Source: Planctomycetota bacterium (GTDB lineage: Bacteria > Planctomycetota > PLA2 > JAEUHO01). Taken from it: 64,000 nt of DNA. The notes under the pieces were generated by a model, which saw only the letters and a program-made list of their open reading frames with translations, searched no databases and was not told the DNA's origin. The stretch spans positions 160,001 to 224,000 of the forward strand of contig CBDCWP010000044.1 in assembly GCA_965223505.1 (NCBI GenBank), in the 5' to 3' direction. Numbering within the stretch: the stretch's first letter is position 1; each line of letters begins with the position of its first letter. Made by a program: the position numbers and the translations under genes. Of the stretch, positions 53,212 to 63,016 are shown piece by piece.

Positions 53212-54638
53212 CTTACGTACGCCTTTCGAACCGGTTCTTGATCATCTGCTTCGCGCTCGTTGCCACCGCGTGCGGCGGCGGCGGCGCGGGACCGCAGCTC
53301 GGCGGCGGCGGCATCGGCGGCACCGGTCTTCGAATCGGGCCGATCGAGACACAGGGTGACGTCGTCGTCGACGGCGTGGACTTCGACGCGAGCGCCGCGG
53401 CGATCACGCTGAGCGGTCAAAGCGCGAACGCGGGCGACATGCAGCTCGGCATGATCGCGATCGTCCAAGGAACGATCAGCGGCAACGCCGGCACGGCGAC
53501 GACGGTCGCCGTCGAGGAGGTCGTCAAGGGCGAGGTCGAGGCGATCGTCGACGCCAGCACGATGACGGTGCAGGGCCAGACGGTTCACGTCGACGAGAAC
53601 ACCGTGTTCGGGCCGGGCATCAATCCCGCTTCGCTCGCGGGCATCGTCGTCACCAATTTGCTGGAGATCTACGGGTTCGTGAAGGGGCCCGGCACCGTCC
53701 TCGCCACGCGTGTCGAACGCGAGAACGCTCTCTCGGAGCTCCAGCTCGTCGGATTCGTCGAGAACCACAGCCTCGGAGCGCAGACGTTCACGGTCGGAGC
53801 GCAGGTCGTCGACTACAGCGGCGCCGACACGACGGATCTCCCGGGCGGCGTTCCGGCCAACGGGCAGCTGGTGAAGGTCGAGGGCCTCACCGCGCTCAGT
53901 CCGATGAACGAGCTCGTCGCGACCGAGGTGAAGCTCGAGGACAACGACGAGCTGAACGACGACGCAGACGACGCGGAGGTCGAGGGCGTCGTGACGCAGG
54001 TCGTCTCCCCGACGGAGTTCTTCATCGGCGCCCAGCGGGTGCAGACGACGGCGCAGACGGTCTTCGAAGGCGGCACGCCGGCGGATCTCGTCGTCGGCAT
54101 CCGAATCGACGTCGACGGCGTGCTGATGAACGGCACCCTGATCGCCGACGAGGTCGAGTTCGAAGAGGCGATCCGAATCGAGTCGGACATCGCGACGATC
54201 GTCGGCAACGACATCACCCTCGAGGGTTTTCCGGGCATCGTCGTCACGGTGGACGCATCGACGGTGTTCGAAGGAAATGCGGCCTCGTTCGGAGACGTGC
54301 AGGTGGGCGAGCACGTCGAGATTCGGGGTCGCAAGACCGGCGCGAGCAGTGTCGCGGCGGCGCGTGTCAAGGAAGAGAACGCGGACACCGATGTCGAGCT
54401 GCAAGGCCCCGTGGACGCGGCGCCGGCGCCGTCCGATCCGACGTTTTCGATTCTCGGCATCCTGATCGACACGACCGGGTTCCAGAACGACGACTTCGAG
54501 GGGGCCAACGACCAGGTCATCGGCCGCGCCGCGTTCTTCGCGGCCATCCAGGCCGGCACGCTCGTGAAGGTGCAGGGCGACCTCGTCGGCGGCAACCCGA
54601 TCTGGGACGAGGTCGAGCTGGAGGGCGAAGACGACTGA
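53208..54638 (+). CDS. DUF5666-repeat lipoprotein
   Basis: ATGA overlap; lipobox ATAC; GGIGGTG; repeated VEG.V...T.F...L..G..V.V.G OB-like units. Confidence 0.85.
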   Translation: MTYVRLSNRFLIICFALVATACGGGGAGPQLGGGGIGGTGLRIGPIETQGDVVVDGVDFDASAAAITLSGQSANAGDMQLGMIAIVQGTISGNAGTATTVAVEEVVKGEVEAIVDASTMTVQGQTVHVDENTVFGPGINPASLAGIVVTNLLEIYGFVKGPGTVLATRVERENALSELQLVGFVENHSLGAQTFTVGAQVVDYSGADTTDLPGGVPANGQLVKVEGLTALSPMNELVATEVKLEDNDELNDDADDAEVEGVVTQVVSPTEFFIGAQRVQTTAQTVFEGGTPADLVVGIRIDVDGVLMNGTLIADEVEFEEAIRIESDIATIVGNDITLEGFPGIVVTVDASTVFEGNAASFGDVQVGEHVEIRGRKTGASSVAAARVKEENADTDVELQGPVDAAPAPSDPTFSILGILIDTTGFQNDDFEGANDQVIGRAAFFAAIQAGTLVKVQGDLVGGNPIWDEVELEGEDD

Positions 54639-54690
54639 TCGATGGGCGTTGCCGACGCGGATCTTCGAGCGGAGCCGTAGAATCCGGCGC

Positions 54691-55422
54691 ATGACCTGGT
54701 TCGAGGACTTCTTCCAAGGCGTCTGGTTCGACATCCAGCGGGCGCGCTACCCGGGCGACAGCGCAAAGGACATCGCGGCGAACATGTGCTCGCTTCTCGA
54801 CATCGAGGCGGGGACCGCCGTGCTCGACGTGCCCGTCGGGACCGGGATCATCGCTCTCGAGCTCGTCGCGCGCGGCGCCTCCGTGACGGGGGTCGATCTG
54901 AGTCGTGAAGCGCTCGACGTAGCGCGCGCGCAGGCCCACGAGCGCGGCCTGGCCCTCGCGCTTCACTGCCGCGACATGCGGGACCTTCCGTTCGAGTCTG
55001 CGTTCGACGTAGCGATCAACTACTGGGGCAGCTTCGGCTACTTCGACGACGAGGGCGACGATGCGTTCGCCCGCGCCGTGTACGAGGCGCTCAAGCCGGG
55101 CGGCCGGTTCCTGATCGAGGTGCCCTCCGCCGAGACGATCTACCCCGGCTTCAAGGCGTCCGACGAGTCGACCATCGGCGACATCCGCGTTCGCGAGGAA
55201 CGGACCCTGGATCTGGTGACGGGACGCGTGCGGGACGAGTGGACCTTCACGAAGGAGGGCCGCCCGCCGGAGACGCGCGTCACCGACATTCGCGTCTACA
55301 GCTGCGCCGAGCTGTGCGCGCTGCTGCGCCGCGTGGGATTCACCTCGTTCGCGCCCTACGCGACGCTGACGGGCCGTCCGTTCGAGATCGGCGCGCGCCT
55401 GAATCTCGTCGCGACCCGGTAG
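54691..55422 (+). CDS. Class I SAM-dependent methyltransferase
   Basis: VLDVPVGTG, GVDLS, DMRDLPF, SFGYF, LKPGGRF. Confidence 0.92.
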   Translation: MTWFEDFFQGVWFDIQRARYPGDSAKDIAANMCSLLDIEAGTAVLDVPVGTGIIALELVARGASVTGVDLSREALDVARAQAHERGLALALHCRDMRDLPFESAFDVAINYWGSFGYFDDEGDDAFARAVYEALKPGGRFLIEVPSAETIYPGFKASDESTIGDIRVREERTLDLVTGRVRDEWTFTKEGRPPETRVTDIRVYSCAELCALLRRVGFTSFAPYATLTGRPFEIGARLNLVATR

Positions 55423-55462
55423 GACCTGGCGGCCGCCCGCGAGGAACGGCGCCGGCCGCGGT

Positions 55463-56668
55463 TCACTTCGTGATCGAAGTCTCGTCGATCGTTTCGCCCG
55501 CCGCGTCGATCGTTCGGTAGGTCAGCGTGCCGCCGTCGATCTCGATCAGGACGAAATGGTGGACGGCCTTGCACGACGCGACGATCGGCCCGTCACTGAC
55601 GGGATCGATGCGCGAACCGCCGCCGCCGCCGGTGATGACGTACGTCACGCGATGGCCCTCGTCGACGACCTCGCCTTCCAGGATCGGACGGGAGCGCATG
55701 TACGTGTGCTCGTGCCCGGAAAACACCATGTCGACACCGTTCGCCTCGAAGACCGGACACAGCAGATCGACGAGCGTCTCGTTCGTGCCCCACACCGACG
55801 TCGAGTAGACCGGGTTGTGCAGCACGACGAACTTCCAGCGCGCCTGCGAACGCGCGAGGTCCTCCGTCAGCCACTCGACTTGCCCGCTGTCCTCGAGCGA
55901 GACGTTGCTGTCGAGGAACGCAAAGTGGCACGGCCCGCGGTCGATCGAGTAGAAGCGTTCCGACCCGTTGCGATCGTTCGTCGGCAGCACGAGCGCGTCG
56001 AGCAGAGGCCGCCCCCCGTCGCGTTCGACGTCGTGATTGCCCATCGCGATGAAGAACGGGATTCGGTCCACCAACGTCGCGTACGGGTAGAAGTATCGCG
56101 TTCGCACCTCGTCGGCCGTTCCGTGCTTGTAGGCGACGTCGCCGACCGACACGACGATCTCGGGCGCGGCCAGCTGCATCTGATACGCGACGCGGTACTG
56201 CGCCGCGCATCCCGATCCCGAATCACCCATGACAACGAAGCGCAGCGTGTCGCCGCCGTCCGCCGGCGTGCGGAACGGGTGCGTGCGGTCCGAGAACGCG
56301 TCGCCGACGCGAATCCGATACGTGTAGTCGGTCGCGGGCGAGAGGCCGGCCACGGCGACCTCGTGCCGATGCGCGTCGGCATCGCCCTCGAAGACACGCG
56401 TCCAGTCGTTCGGCCCCGAAACCTCGACGGCGCCGCGACAGGCGACCTTGGTCTTGTAGGCGATGACGATGCTCGTCGGCGTCGGCAGCGCGACCTGTGG
56501 TCCGTACACGATGCCCGCTTCGTACGGCGAGACGGTGTCGCACACCCGTGAGTGCACCCACACGTACTTGTAGACGTAGGCCCACCCGCCCGCGATCAGG
56601 CCGAGCGAGAGGAAGATCCACAGCCGCTTGCTGCGAAGGAGTGACCGCATCGGTCCGAAGTCTGCCAT
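55463..56668 (-). CDS. Purple-acid-phosphatase-like metallophosphoesterase with FN3-like N-domain
   Basis: GDSG, GDVAY, GNHD, SGHEH, GGGG. Confidence 0.92.
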   Translation of the reverse strand: MADFGPMRSLLRSKRLWIFLSLGLIAGGWAYVYKYVWVHSRVCDTVSPYEAGIVYGPQVALPTPTSIVIAYKTKVACRGAVEVSGPNDWTRVFEGDADAHRHEVAVAGLSPATDYTYRIRVGDAFSDRTHPFRTPADGGDTLRFVVMGDSGSGCAAQYRVAYQMQLAAPEIVVSVGDVAYKHGTADEVRTRYFYPYATLVDRIPFFIAMGNHDVERDGGRPLLDALVLPTNDRNGSERFYSIDRGPCHFAFLDSNVSLEDSGQVEWLTEDLARSQARWKFVVLHNPVYSTSVWGTNETLVDLLCPVFEANGVDMVFSGHEHTYMRSRPILEGEVVDEGHRVTYVITGGGGGSRIDPVSDGPIVASCKAVHHFVLIEIDGGTLTYRTIDAAGETIDETSITK

Positions 56669-58261
56669 CTACCGGGGCGTGACGGACACGTATTCTCCGC
56701 CGGTCGTGCGTGCGATCAGCTGCATCAGCGCGCGATTGTGGCCGCGGCCGACGCCGACGGTGTGAACCACCACGCGATGCACCGAGTTCGCCGCGTGGAA
56801 CGTGGTCATGGCGCGGTCGATCGGACCCTGGCCGATCTCCGACCCGTCCTCGTCCGTGGGCGTTCCGTCGGTGAGCAGGAAGATCGTGTTGACGCCGGGA
56901 CTCTCGTACGCCTCGTCGCCTTCGAAGTCGTCCGTGTACTCGAGCGCGGTCATGAGCGCGTCGAACAACGCGGTCGTCCCGACCGGCTCGATCTCGTCTT
57001 CGACCCACTGGATCGCCGCTGCCTTGTGGGCCTTGTCGGCGGGCATCAGTGCCCGTGGCGGCTTCCAGGTGATCACCTCGTCGCTGTAGAACACGAGGTT
57101 GAACCGGACGTCGGAGGCGAGGCGCTCGATTGCACGGCGTAGCTCGTCGAGCGCCGACGCCATGCGCGTCCCACCTGGCCGGGGCTTGCCCGTGAGCGCG
57201 TCGAGACCGTTCACCGGCTTCTGCATGGAGCCGGACTGGTCAACGACGAACACGATTCGCTTCGACGGACTCGTGATGCCGTAGAACTCGGTGTCGTGGG
57301 TGTGCGTGTCGTCGTGGCGCCCGTCGTGCCGCTTTCCGGCCTTCCACGTGTCGCGGTTCTCGGTCCACCAACGGCTCCATGCCGCCGAGTCCGCGGAGAG
57401 CGACAGGCCGGTGAACCAGAAGAGCACACGCTCGATCTCCACGGCCAGCAGTCCGAACGCACGTTGCATGGCGACGACCAGCGGCTCGACGCAGCGCGGG
57501 TCGTCGAACGCGCGCAGGGTTCGAACCGCCGCGCGCCGCACCGGGAGCGACCGCGACTCGAGCGCCGTCAAGACCGCGTCGAACGCCTCGCGCATCTCCT
57601 CCTTGGCGGCGAAGTCGATCGCGCGCACGCGCGGCGCCGGCGGCGTGGGTCCGCGGATCAGCTCGATCACGGTCAGGCGTCCCCTGGCCGTGAGCAGGCG
57701 GTCCGGCTGCTCGAGCGCGGTCCGGTACAGCTCGCCGCCGTACTCGGCCTTGCGCAACGCCGCGAAACCCTCGGCGAAGAGCCAGTCCCACGCCGTTTGC
57801 ACGCGGATGCGACTCATGGCCGCCGCGAGGTGCCGGTCGACGTCGACCTCGATCTCCACGAGCTGCCTGGCAGCGCGATGCGCGTTCAGACGTTTCGTGA
57901 GCTGTTCTTCCTCCTTCTCGCTGATCTTCTTCTTCGAGCTGCGGTACTTGCGCGCCAGCTTGGTGCGGAACTCGGTCAGCTTCTTGGTCGCGGTGGCGAG
58001 GTCGCGATCGAGCTTGCCCTCACGCAGCCTTTGCGACGCGCACACCCACTCAACGATCCACTGCGCGGCCCGCGGGCTGTCGTCGTGGGCGAGGGCCTCG
58101 ATGCGCTCGCGCTTCTCCTTCGCCTCCCCGGGCGTTCGCGTGAGCCGATCGAGCCCCTTCGTGACCTTCTGCCACTCGTCCTCGGAGAGCTCGGCCCACG
58201 CGTCGCCGGCATGGCCCCACGCGAGGATCGGCAGGGCGAGCAGCAAGGCGGCGCGACGCAT
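56669..58261 (-). CDS. Exported HEAT-repeat plus VWA domain protein
   Basis: [14 protein letters not shown] (MIDAS), [27 protein letters not shown]. Confidence 0.9.
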   Translation of the reverse strand: MRRAALLLALPILAWGHAGDAWAELSEDEWQKVTKGLDRLTRTPGEAKEKRERIEALAHDDSPRAAQWIVEWVCASQRLREGKLDRDLATATKKLTEFRTKLARKYRSSKKKISEKEEEQLTKRLNAHRAARQLVEIEVDVDRHLAAAMSRIRVQTAWDWLFAEGFAALRKAEYGGELYRTALEQPDRLLTARGRLTVIELIRGPTPPAPRVRAIDFAAKEEMREAFDAVLTALESRSLPVRRAAVRTLRAFDDPRCVEPLVVAMQRAFGLLAVEIERVLFWFTGLSLSADSAAWSRWWTENRDTWKAGKRHDGRHDDTHTHDTEFYGITSPSKRIVFVVDQSGSMQKPVNGLDALTGKPRPGGTRMASALDELRRAIERLASDVRFNLVFYSDEVITWKPPRALMPADKAHKAAAIQWVEDEIEPVGTTALFDALMTALEYTDDFEGDEAYESPGVNTIFLLTDGTPTDEDGSEIGQGPIDRAMTTFHAANSVHRVVVHTVGVGRGHNRALMQLIARTTGGEYVSVTPR

Positions 58262-58309
58262 GGGCGTACTCTACCCGTCCTCGCCGGGCGCCCCCTATGC
58301 TTGTCGTTC

Positions 58310-59206
58310 GTGCCCGAGCTGCCCGATGTCACCGTCTACCGCGAGTGCCTCGAACGACGTCTCGTCGGCGAGACGCTGGTGTCGCTTCGTGTGCGCAGCG
58401 TCGCGTTGCTGCGTACGTACGACCCACCCGTCGAAGCGGCGGAGGGCAGGCGGGTCGAGGCGATCGAGACGATCGGCAAGCGCATCGTCTTCGTGTTCGA
58501 GGACGAGCTGTTCCTCGTGTTCCACCTGATGATCGCCGGTCGCTTCAAGTGGCGCGAGACCGGCGTGAAGGTGCCGCGCAAGTTCGGCCTCGCGGCGCTG
58601 GACTTCCCCGCGGGCTCGTTGCTGCTCACCGAGATGGGCAGCAAGCGGCGCGCGTCATTGCACGTGCTGCGAGGACGGGAGGCGCTCGCGACGCACGATC
58701 CCGGCGGCGTCGACGTGCTCATCTGCACCCACGATCAGTTCCGCGAGGCACTCTGCCGGGGCAACCACACGCTCAAGCGCGCACTGACCGACCCACGCGC
58801 GTTCTCCGGCATCGGCAACGCATACAGCGACGAGATCCTGCACCGCGCGCGGCTCTCGCCGCTCACGTGGACCTCGAAGCTCGGCGATGACGAGATCGAG
58901 AGGCTGTGGGCCGCCACGCGCGAGACGCTCGAGCTGTGGACCGAGCGGCTGCGCAGGCAGGTGGGCGACGGCTTTCCGGAGAAGGTCACCGCATTTCGGC
59001 CCGAGATGGCGGTGCACGGCAAGTACAAGGAGCCTTGCCCGGACTGTGGCGCGCCCGTTCAGCGCATCGTCTACGCGAGCAACGAGACGAACTACTGCGC
59101 ACGCTGTCAGACGAGGGGCAAGGTGCTCGCCGACCGCGGCCTCTCGCGCCTGCTCAAGGACGACTGGCCCCGGACGCTCGAGGAGTGGGAGGCGCTGCGC
59201 GGCTGA
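58310..59206 (+). CDS. Fpg/Nei family DNA glycosylase
   Basis: GTG start giving [28 protein letters not shown]-terminal CPDC...CARCQ zinc finger. Confidence 0.93.
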   Translation: MPELPDVTVYRECLERRLVGETLVSLRVRSVALLRTYDPPVEAAEGRRVEAIETIGKRIVFVFEDELFLVFHLMIAGRFKWRETGVKVPRKFGLAALDFPAGSLLLTEMGSKRRASLHVLRGREALATHDPGGVDVLICTHDQFREALCRGNHTLKRALTDPRAFSGIGNAYSDEILHRARLSPLTWTSKLGDDEIERLWAATRETLELWTERLRRQVGDGFPEKVTAFRPEMAVHGKYKEPCPDCGAPVQRIVYASNETNYCARCQTRGKVLADRGLSRLLKDDWPRTLEEWEALRG

Positions 59207-59274
59207 TCGGCGCGGCTTCATTCTCGCAGCCCGTCTTGCCGATGGGGGAGCGGGAGTCCCGCCGGAGAGCCGCC

Positions 59275-60171
59275 GTGAACAAGAACGTCCTCATCGCCGT
59301 CGCCATGTCCGCCCTGCTCATGACCTTCGGCGTCGTGGTCGGACGCCAGACGCTCACCGAGCAACCCGAGCCCGTGGCGCAGCCGAGGCCTCAGCTCGAG
59401 CACGAGATGCCGACGCTCGGCGCGAATCCGGATGAAGCCGAGGACCTCGACGCGATGGGGGCGCTCATCCTCGAGCGGCTGACCCGCATGGAGCAGGCGC
59501 TCGATCAGCTGCAGAAACAACAGGCCGCGCTCGCCGAACGCCTCGACGACGCCGGCGAGATCGTGGAATGGCTGAACAAGATGCGACCCGCGGCAGAGAA
59601 GTCGCGTGAGCGCGCGCATCAGACCGCGGCGATCGCGACCCTTCGCAACGTGACCTCGGCGCAGGCGCAGCTCCAGGCGAGCGCCCGCGTCGACACCGAC
59701 GCCGACGGAACGGGCGAGTACGGCGGCTTTCGCGAGATGAGCGGCGACGTACCCGGACGCATGAGCAAGAAGCTGGTGCCGCCCGTTCTCTCGAGCGCGT
59801 TCCGCAAGCTCAACGAGTTCGGCGAAGCGACGCGCAGCGGCTATCACTATCGCTTCTATCTTCCCGGCCCTGGCGGCGAGGGGATCGGTGAGCCCCAAGA
59901 CGGCTTCTCCTCGTCCTCGGGCATCGATGCGCAGCTAGCGGAGTCGACCTGGTGCTGCTACGCATGGCCCGTCGACGACAAGTCCGGCAACGACTTCGTC
60001 TTCTTCATGAACCAGGCCGGAGACGTCCTCGGAACGAATGACGCGCGCTACCGCGGCGCCGGTAATGGCCCGGAGCCCGACGCGGCGTTCCTTCAGGGCG
60101 GGTCGATCGTCGGCCGGACCGCGGTGGGGCGGCGCGGTCAGGACGGCAACACCTGGCGTCAAGTCAACTAA
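59275..60171 (+). CDS. Membrane-anchored protein with coiled coil and pilin/pseudopilin-like globular domain
   Basis: GGAG RBS; TM helix; AAIATLRNVTSAQAQ, D.D.DG.GEYG, SGYHY, YAWP, FFMNQAG. Confidence 0.7.
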   Translation: MNKNVLIAVAMSALLMTFGVVVGRQTLTEQPEPVAQPRPQLEHEMPTLGANPDEAEDLDAMGALILERLTRMEQALDQLQKQQAALAERLDDAGEIVEWLNKMRPAAEKSRERAHQTAAIATLRNVTSAQAQLQASARVDTDADGTGEYGGFREMSGDVPGRMSKKLVPPVLSSAFRKLNEFGEATRSGYHYRFYLPGPGGEGIGEPQDGFSSSSGIDAQLAESTWCCYAWPVDDKSGNDFVFFMNQAGDVLGTNDARYRGAGNGPEPDAAFLQGGSIVGRTAVGRRGQDGNTWRQVN

Positions 60172-60234
60172 CGGCCGGCAGGCCCGATCGGCGGCGGCCC
60201 CGCCGGTGAGCCCGATTCGAGCGGGGTAGCTCTC

Positions 60235-60254
60235 ACGTTCACATGTGTGAACGT
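60235..60254. promoter_or_regulatory. Palindromic operator-like site
   Basis: ACGTTCACA-TG-TGTGAACGT perfect 9-bp inverted repeat, 34 nt upstream of ATG 60289. Confidence 0.55.
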
Positions 60255-60288
60255 CGATAGAGCCCCTGGAACCGTCCAGGGAACAGCG

Positions 60289-60852
60289 ATGAACAAGGAA
60301 AGCGTCTTTAGGTTCTTGTTTCGGCTTTCGGCCGAGGCACGCCGCCTGCCGACCCGCGTCGTTCTGCAGCGGTTGGTGAACGGGCTGGCGAACCGCTACG
60401 GCGCCGCCGGCTGCGCGATCTATCGCTATGGGCGGCTGCGGGGCACGTGCTGGGCCGACCCATCTCCGGAGCTCACGTCGCTCTCACCCGAGGATCGCGC
60501 CAACCTCCACAACCTCGACGGCCGCCTCGTCCAGGAGGCGATGACGCGCGGCAAGATCGTCAGTGCGCTCGACCTGGACGTCGACGGCGACATCACGGAC
60601 TTCCTCGACGGCGAGCTCGAGGGGATGGACATCTTCGCCTTCCCGCTCATGGTCGGCGCGCAGCCGCGCGGCGCGCTCATCATGTACCTGACGACCGAGT
60701 CGGAGTCGCTCGGCGAGACCGACATGCAAGCCATGCTCGCGCTCGGTGAGGTGCTCGAGGTCGCGCAAGAGCGCAGGGCCGACCAAAAGGCCGCGTCCGC
60801 GCGGCGGCCCGCGAAGCGGGGCAAGAGCCCGACGACACGTCGAGCCTCGTAG
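60289..60852 (+). CDS. Stand-alone GAF-like domain protein
   Basis: GCAIY, FAFPLMVGAQPRGALIMY, D...MLALG. Confidence 0.7.
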   Translation: MNKESVFRFLFRLSAEARRLPTRVVLQRLVNGLANRYGAAGCAIYRYGRLRGTCWADPSPELTSLSPEDRANLHNLDGRLVQEAMTRGKIVSALDLDVDGDITDFLDGELEGMDIFAFPLMVGAQPRGALIMYLTTESESLGETDMQAMLALGEVLEVAQERRADQKAASARRPAKRGKSPTTRRAS

Positions 60853-60865
60853 CGACGACCCCGCG

Positions 60866-61468
60866 CTACGGGATCGTGTGCGTGACCATGAGGTTCGGCC
60901 GTCCGTCCGCGTTGGCCCACTGGCTCGTCGCGATGCGCGCGAAGTCGTTCTGTCCGTCGGCGTTCGTTTCGATCGCGAAGCGGAACCGCAGCGTGGTCAC
61001 GGTGCGTCCCGCGGCGACGTCGGCCGCGACGAGGTCCGTCACGTCGAGCGTCCACGTCGGCTCGTCGGTCAGCGCGTGGGCTTCCGCCGTCAAGGCCGCC
61101 GAGGTGGCCTGGGACGCTTCGATCACGCCGTCCCCGACGATGTGATCGACGAACAGCGGCCCGAACGTCCACGGCACGCCGGTCGGCACGCCCTGTTGGA
61201 GCGTCAGCTCGGCGTGTTGCACCGTGCCGATGCCGGTGATGTCGAACGCCAGGACGCCGATGAAGTGTTTGGCCAGACTGTTGTCGCCCAACGTCATCGC
61301 CGAGTTGGCCATGCTGTCCACGACGGAGGCACCGTTGATGTACCCCTCGCCCGCGGCGATCGAAGGTGCCTGGTCGTCGAAGGGGCCGAGCGGGACGATC
61401 GGCGACGAATTGCCGCCGCAGCCGCCGACGAAGAGCGCGATGAGGGAGATGAGCGTGAGATGTCGCAT
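60866..61468 (-). CDS. Lipoprotein, paralog 2
   Basis: GAGG RBS; lipobox VGGC; 200 aa, closely similar to the upstream gene. Confidence 0.8.
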   Translation of the reverse strand: MRHLTLISLIALFVGGCGGNSSPIVPLGPFDDQAPSIAAGEGYINGASVVDSMANSAMTLGDNSLAKHFIGVLAFDITGIGTVQHAELTLQQGVPTGVPWTFGPLFVDHIVGDGVIEASQATSAALTAEAHALTDEPTWTLDVTDLVAADVAAGRTVTTLRFRFAIETNADGQNDFARIATSQWANADGRPNLMVTHTIP

Positions 61469-61480
61469 GGCGTTGTCCTC

Positions 61481-62083
61481 TTACGGTGCGAAGTGCTGAA
61501 TGATGAGCGTCGGGCGTGAAGCGACGTCCGCGTTCGTGCTCGCCGTGATGCGGCCTTCGTCTTCGATCCCGTCGGCGTTCGTCTCGTTCGCGAATCGGAA
61601 GCGGAAGGACGTGGTCGCCCGTCCGGCCGCGACGTCGGCCTGTAGGTAGGGCGTGACGTCGAGCGTCCAACTGGCCTCGTCGGCGAGCGCGAACGCGGCC
61701 GCTGTGAGCGTCCCGCCGGCCTCGTCCGCGGGATCGAGGGCGCCGCCGCCGTCGATGTGGTCGACGAGCAACGGGCCCAGGGAGAACGGCGCGTTCGTCG
61801 ACACCCCCTGGTGGATCGTGAGCTGCGCGTCCTGAACCGCGCCGATGCCCGTCAGATCGAACGTCAACATGCCGATGATCGGCAGGTCCGACGAGCTGTC
61901 ACCCATGACCATGTTCACGGCGTTCGGGTGCGCGACGCCGTCCAGCAGCCAACCCTCGCCGGCGGGGACCGCGGGCGCCGCAACCTCGATGGTGACCGGA
62001 ATGATCGCCGGCGAAGAGGAACCGCCGCAGGCCGTGAGCGCAAGTAACAAGAGAAGGGTGAGCGGGCTGAGTCGATGGGCCAT
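61481..62083 (-). CDS. Lipoprotein, paralog 1
   Basis: GGAG RBS; lipobox LTAC; shares GEG, FD.TGIG.VQ.A.LT..QGV, GPL.VDHI, WTLDVT, RFRFA.ETNADG, RP.L with the downstream gene. Confidence 0.8.
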   Translation of the reverse strand: MAHRLSPLTLLLLLALTACGGSSSPAIIPVTIEVAAPAVPAGEGWLLDGVAHPNAVNMVMGDSSSDLPIIGMLTFDLTGIGAVQDAQLTIHQGVSTNAPFSLGPLLVDHIDGGGALDPADEAGGTLTAAAFALADEASWTLDVTPYLQADVAAGRATTSFRFRFANETNADGIEDEGRITASTNADVASRPTLIIQHFAP

Positions 62084-62170
62084 CGTCGTTACTCCCGTAG
62101 AACGCCGTTTGGCGCGCTGCCATGAGGGAGTCGTGCCCGCCGCTCGAAATTGACCCGCGTCTCTCAGGAA

Positions 62171-63016
62171 TCAGCGCGCGAGGCCGTCGAGGTAGCTCCG
62201 TAGTGCGTTTCGCGCTGCGACCATCTCTTCGTCGGTCGATTCGATCTCGTCGACGTAGGTGCGCGCCGTCGCGAACAGGCGTTCGCGCACCGCATAGTGG
62301 GCGGTAACGAGCGCCGCGAGTCCGTCCGGCGCCTGATCCGCGATCGAAGCGATCACATCGGCGTGTTGCGCTCGCGTCGCGTCGTCCGCGACCTCGAACA
62401 CGCGCTTGATCTCCTGGCCGGCGAGCGTGTCGATGCCGCGCAGCCGCACGACGTACCGACCGGGTTTCATCGGGGGCGCTACGGCGCGCTCGCCCGAGGC
62501 TTCGTGCCTCCAACGCAGACCTTCGCCCTCGATCGACACCTCGACCCGGGACGCGCCCAGAGGACTGCGCCACCGCAGCTCTTCCGGCGCCGCGGTGACG
62601 ATGCCGATCGGTGCGACCCACGCGGCGCCGCCGCGCTTCGCGCCGTTGGCCGTCAGCTCTTCCGCACTGAGCGGCTCGAAGCCGTGGGCCGCCGTCGCCG
62701 CGGCCAACCGCGTCGCGAGGTCGTCCGCCCGGACGTCTCCGTCGTCCGAGACCCACCAGATGCCCAGCGCCAGCAGGAACGCGGCGGCAACGGCCGCAAG
62801 GCTGAACGGCAAGCTGGGCCGGTTCGTCTGCTCCTCGCGTAGCGCGCGAACGAGCAACATCGCCTCGGGATCGGCCTTGATCCGCGCCTCGACCTCCGCA
62901 CGTTCGTCGGCGGGCAACGCGTCGTCCAAGTACGCGGCGATCACGTTGGGATCGAGCGGCTGGTTGTGCAGCTGTACCAGAGGCTGCACGCGTTCCTGGA
63001 GCTCGCGTTCATCCAT
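62171..63016 (-). CDS. Anti-sigma-factor-like membrane protein
   Basis: IAAYLDDALPADERAEVEARI (zf-HC2-like helices without the Cys/His), TM helix, periplasmic domain; overlaps the sigma gene. Confidence 0.75.
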   Translation of the reverse strand: MDERELQERVQPLVQLHNQPLDPNVIAAYLDDALPADERAEVEARIKADPEAMLLVRALREEQTNRPSLPFSLAAVAAAFLLALGIWWVSDDGDVRADDLATRLAAATAAHGFEPLSAEELTANGAKRGGAAWVAPIGIVTAAPEELRWRSPLGASRVEVSIEGEGLRWRHEASGERAVAPPMKPGRYVVRLRGIDTLAGQEIKRVFEVADDATRAQHADVIASIADQAPDGLAALVTAHYAVRERLFATARTYVDEIESTDEEMVAARNALRSYLDGLAR

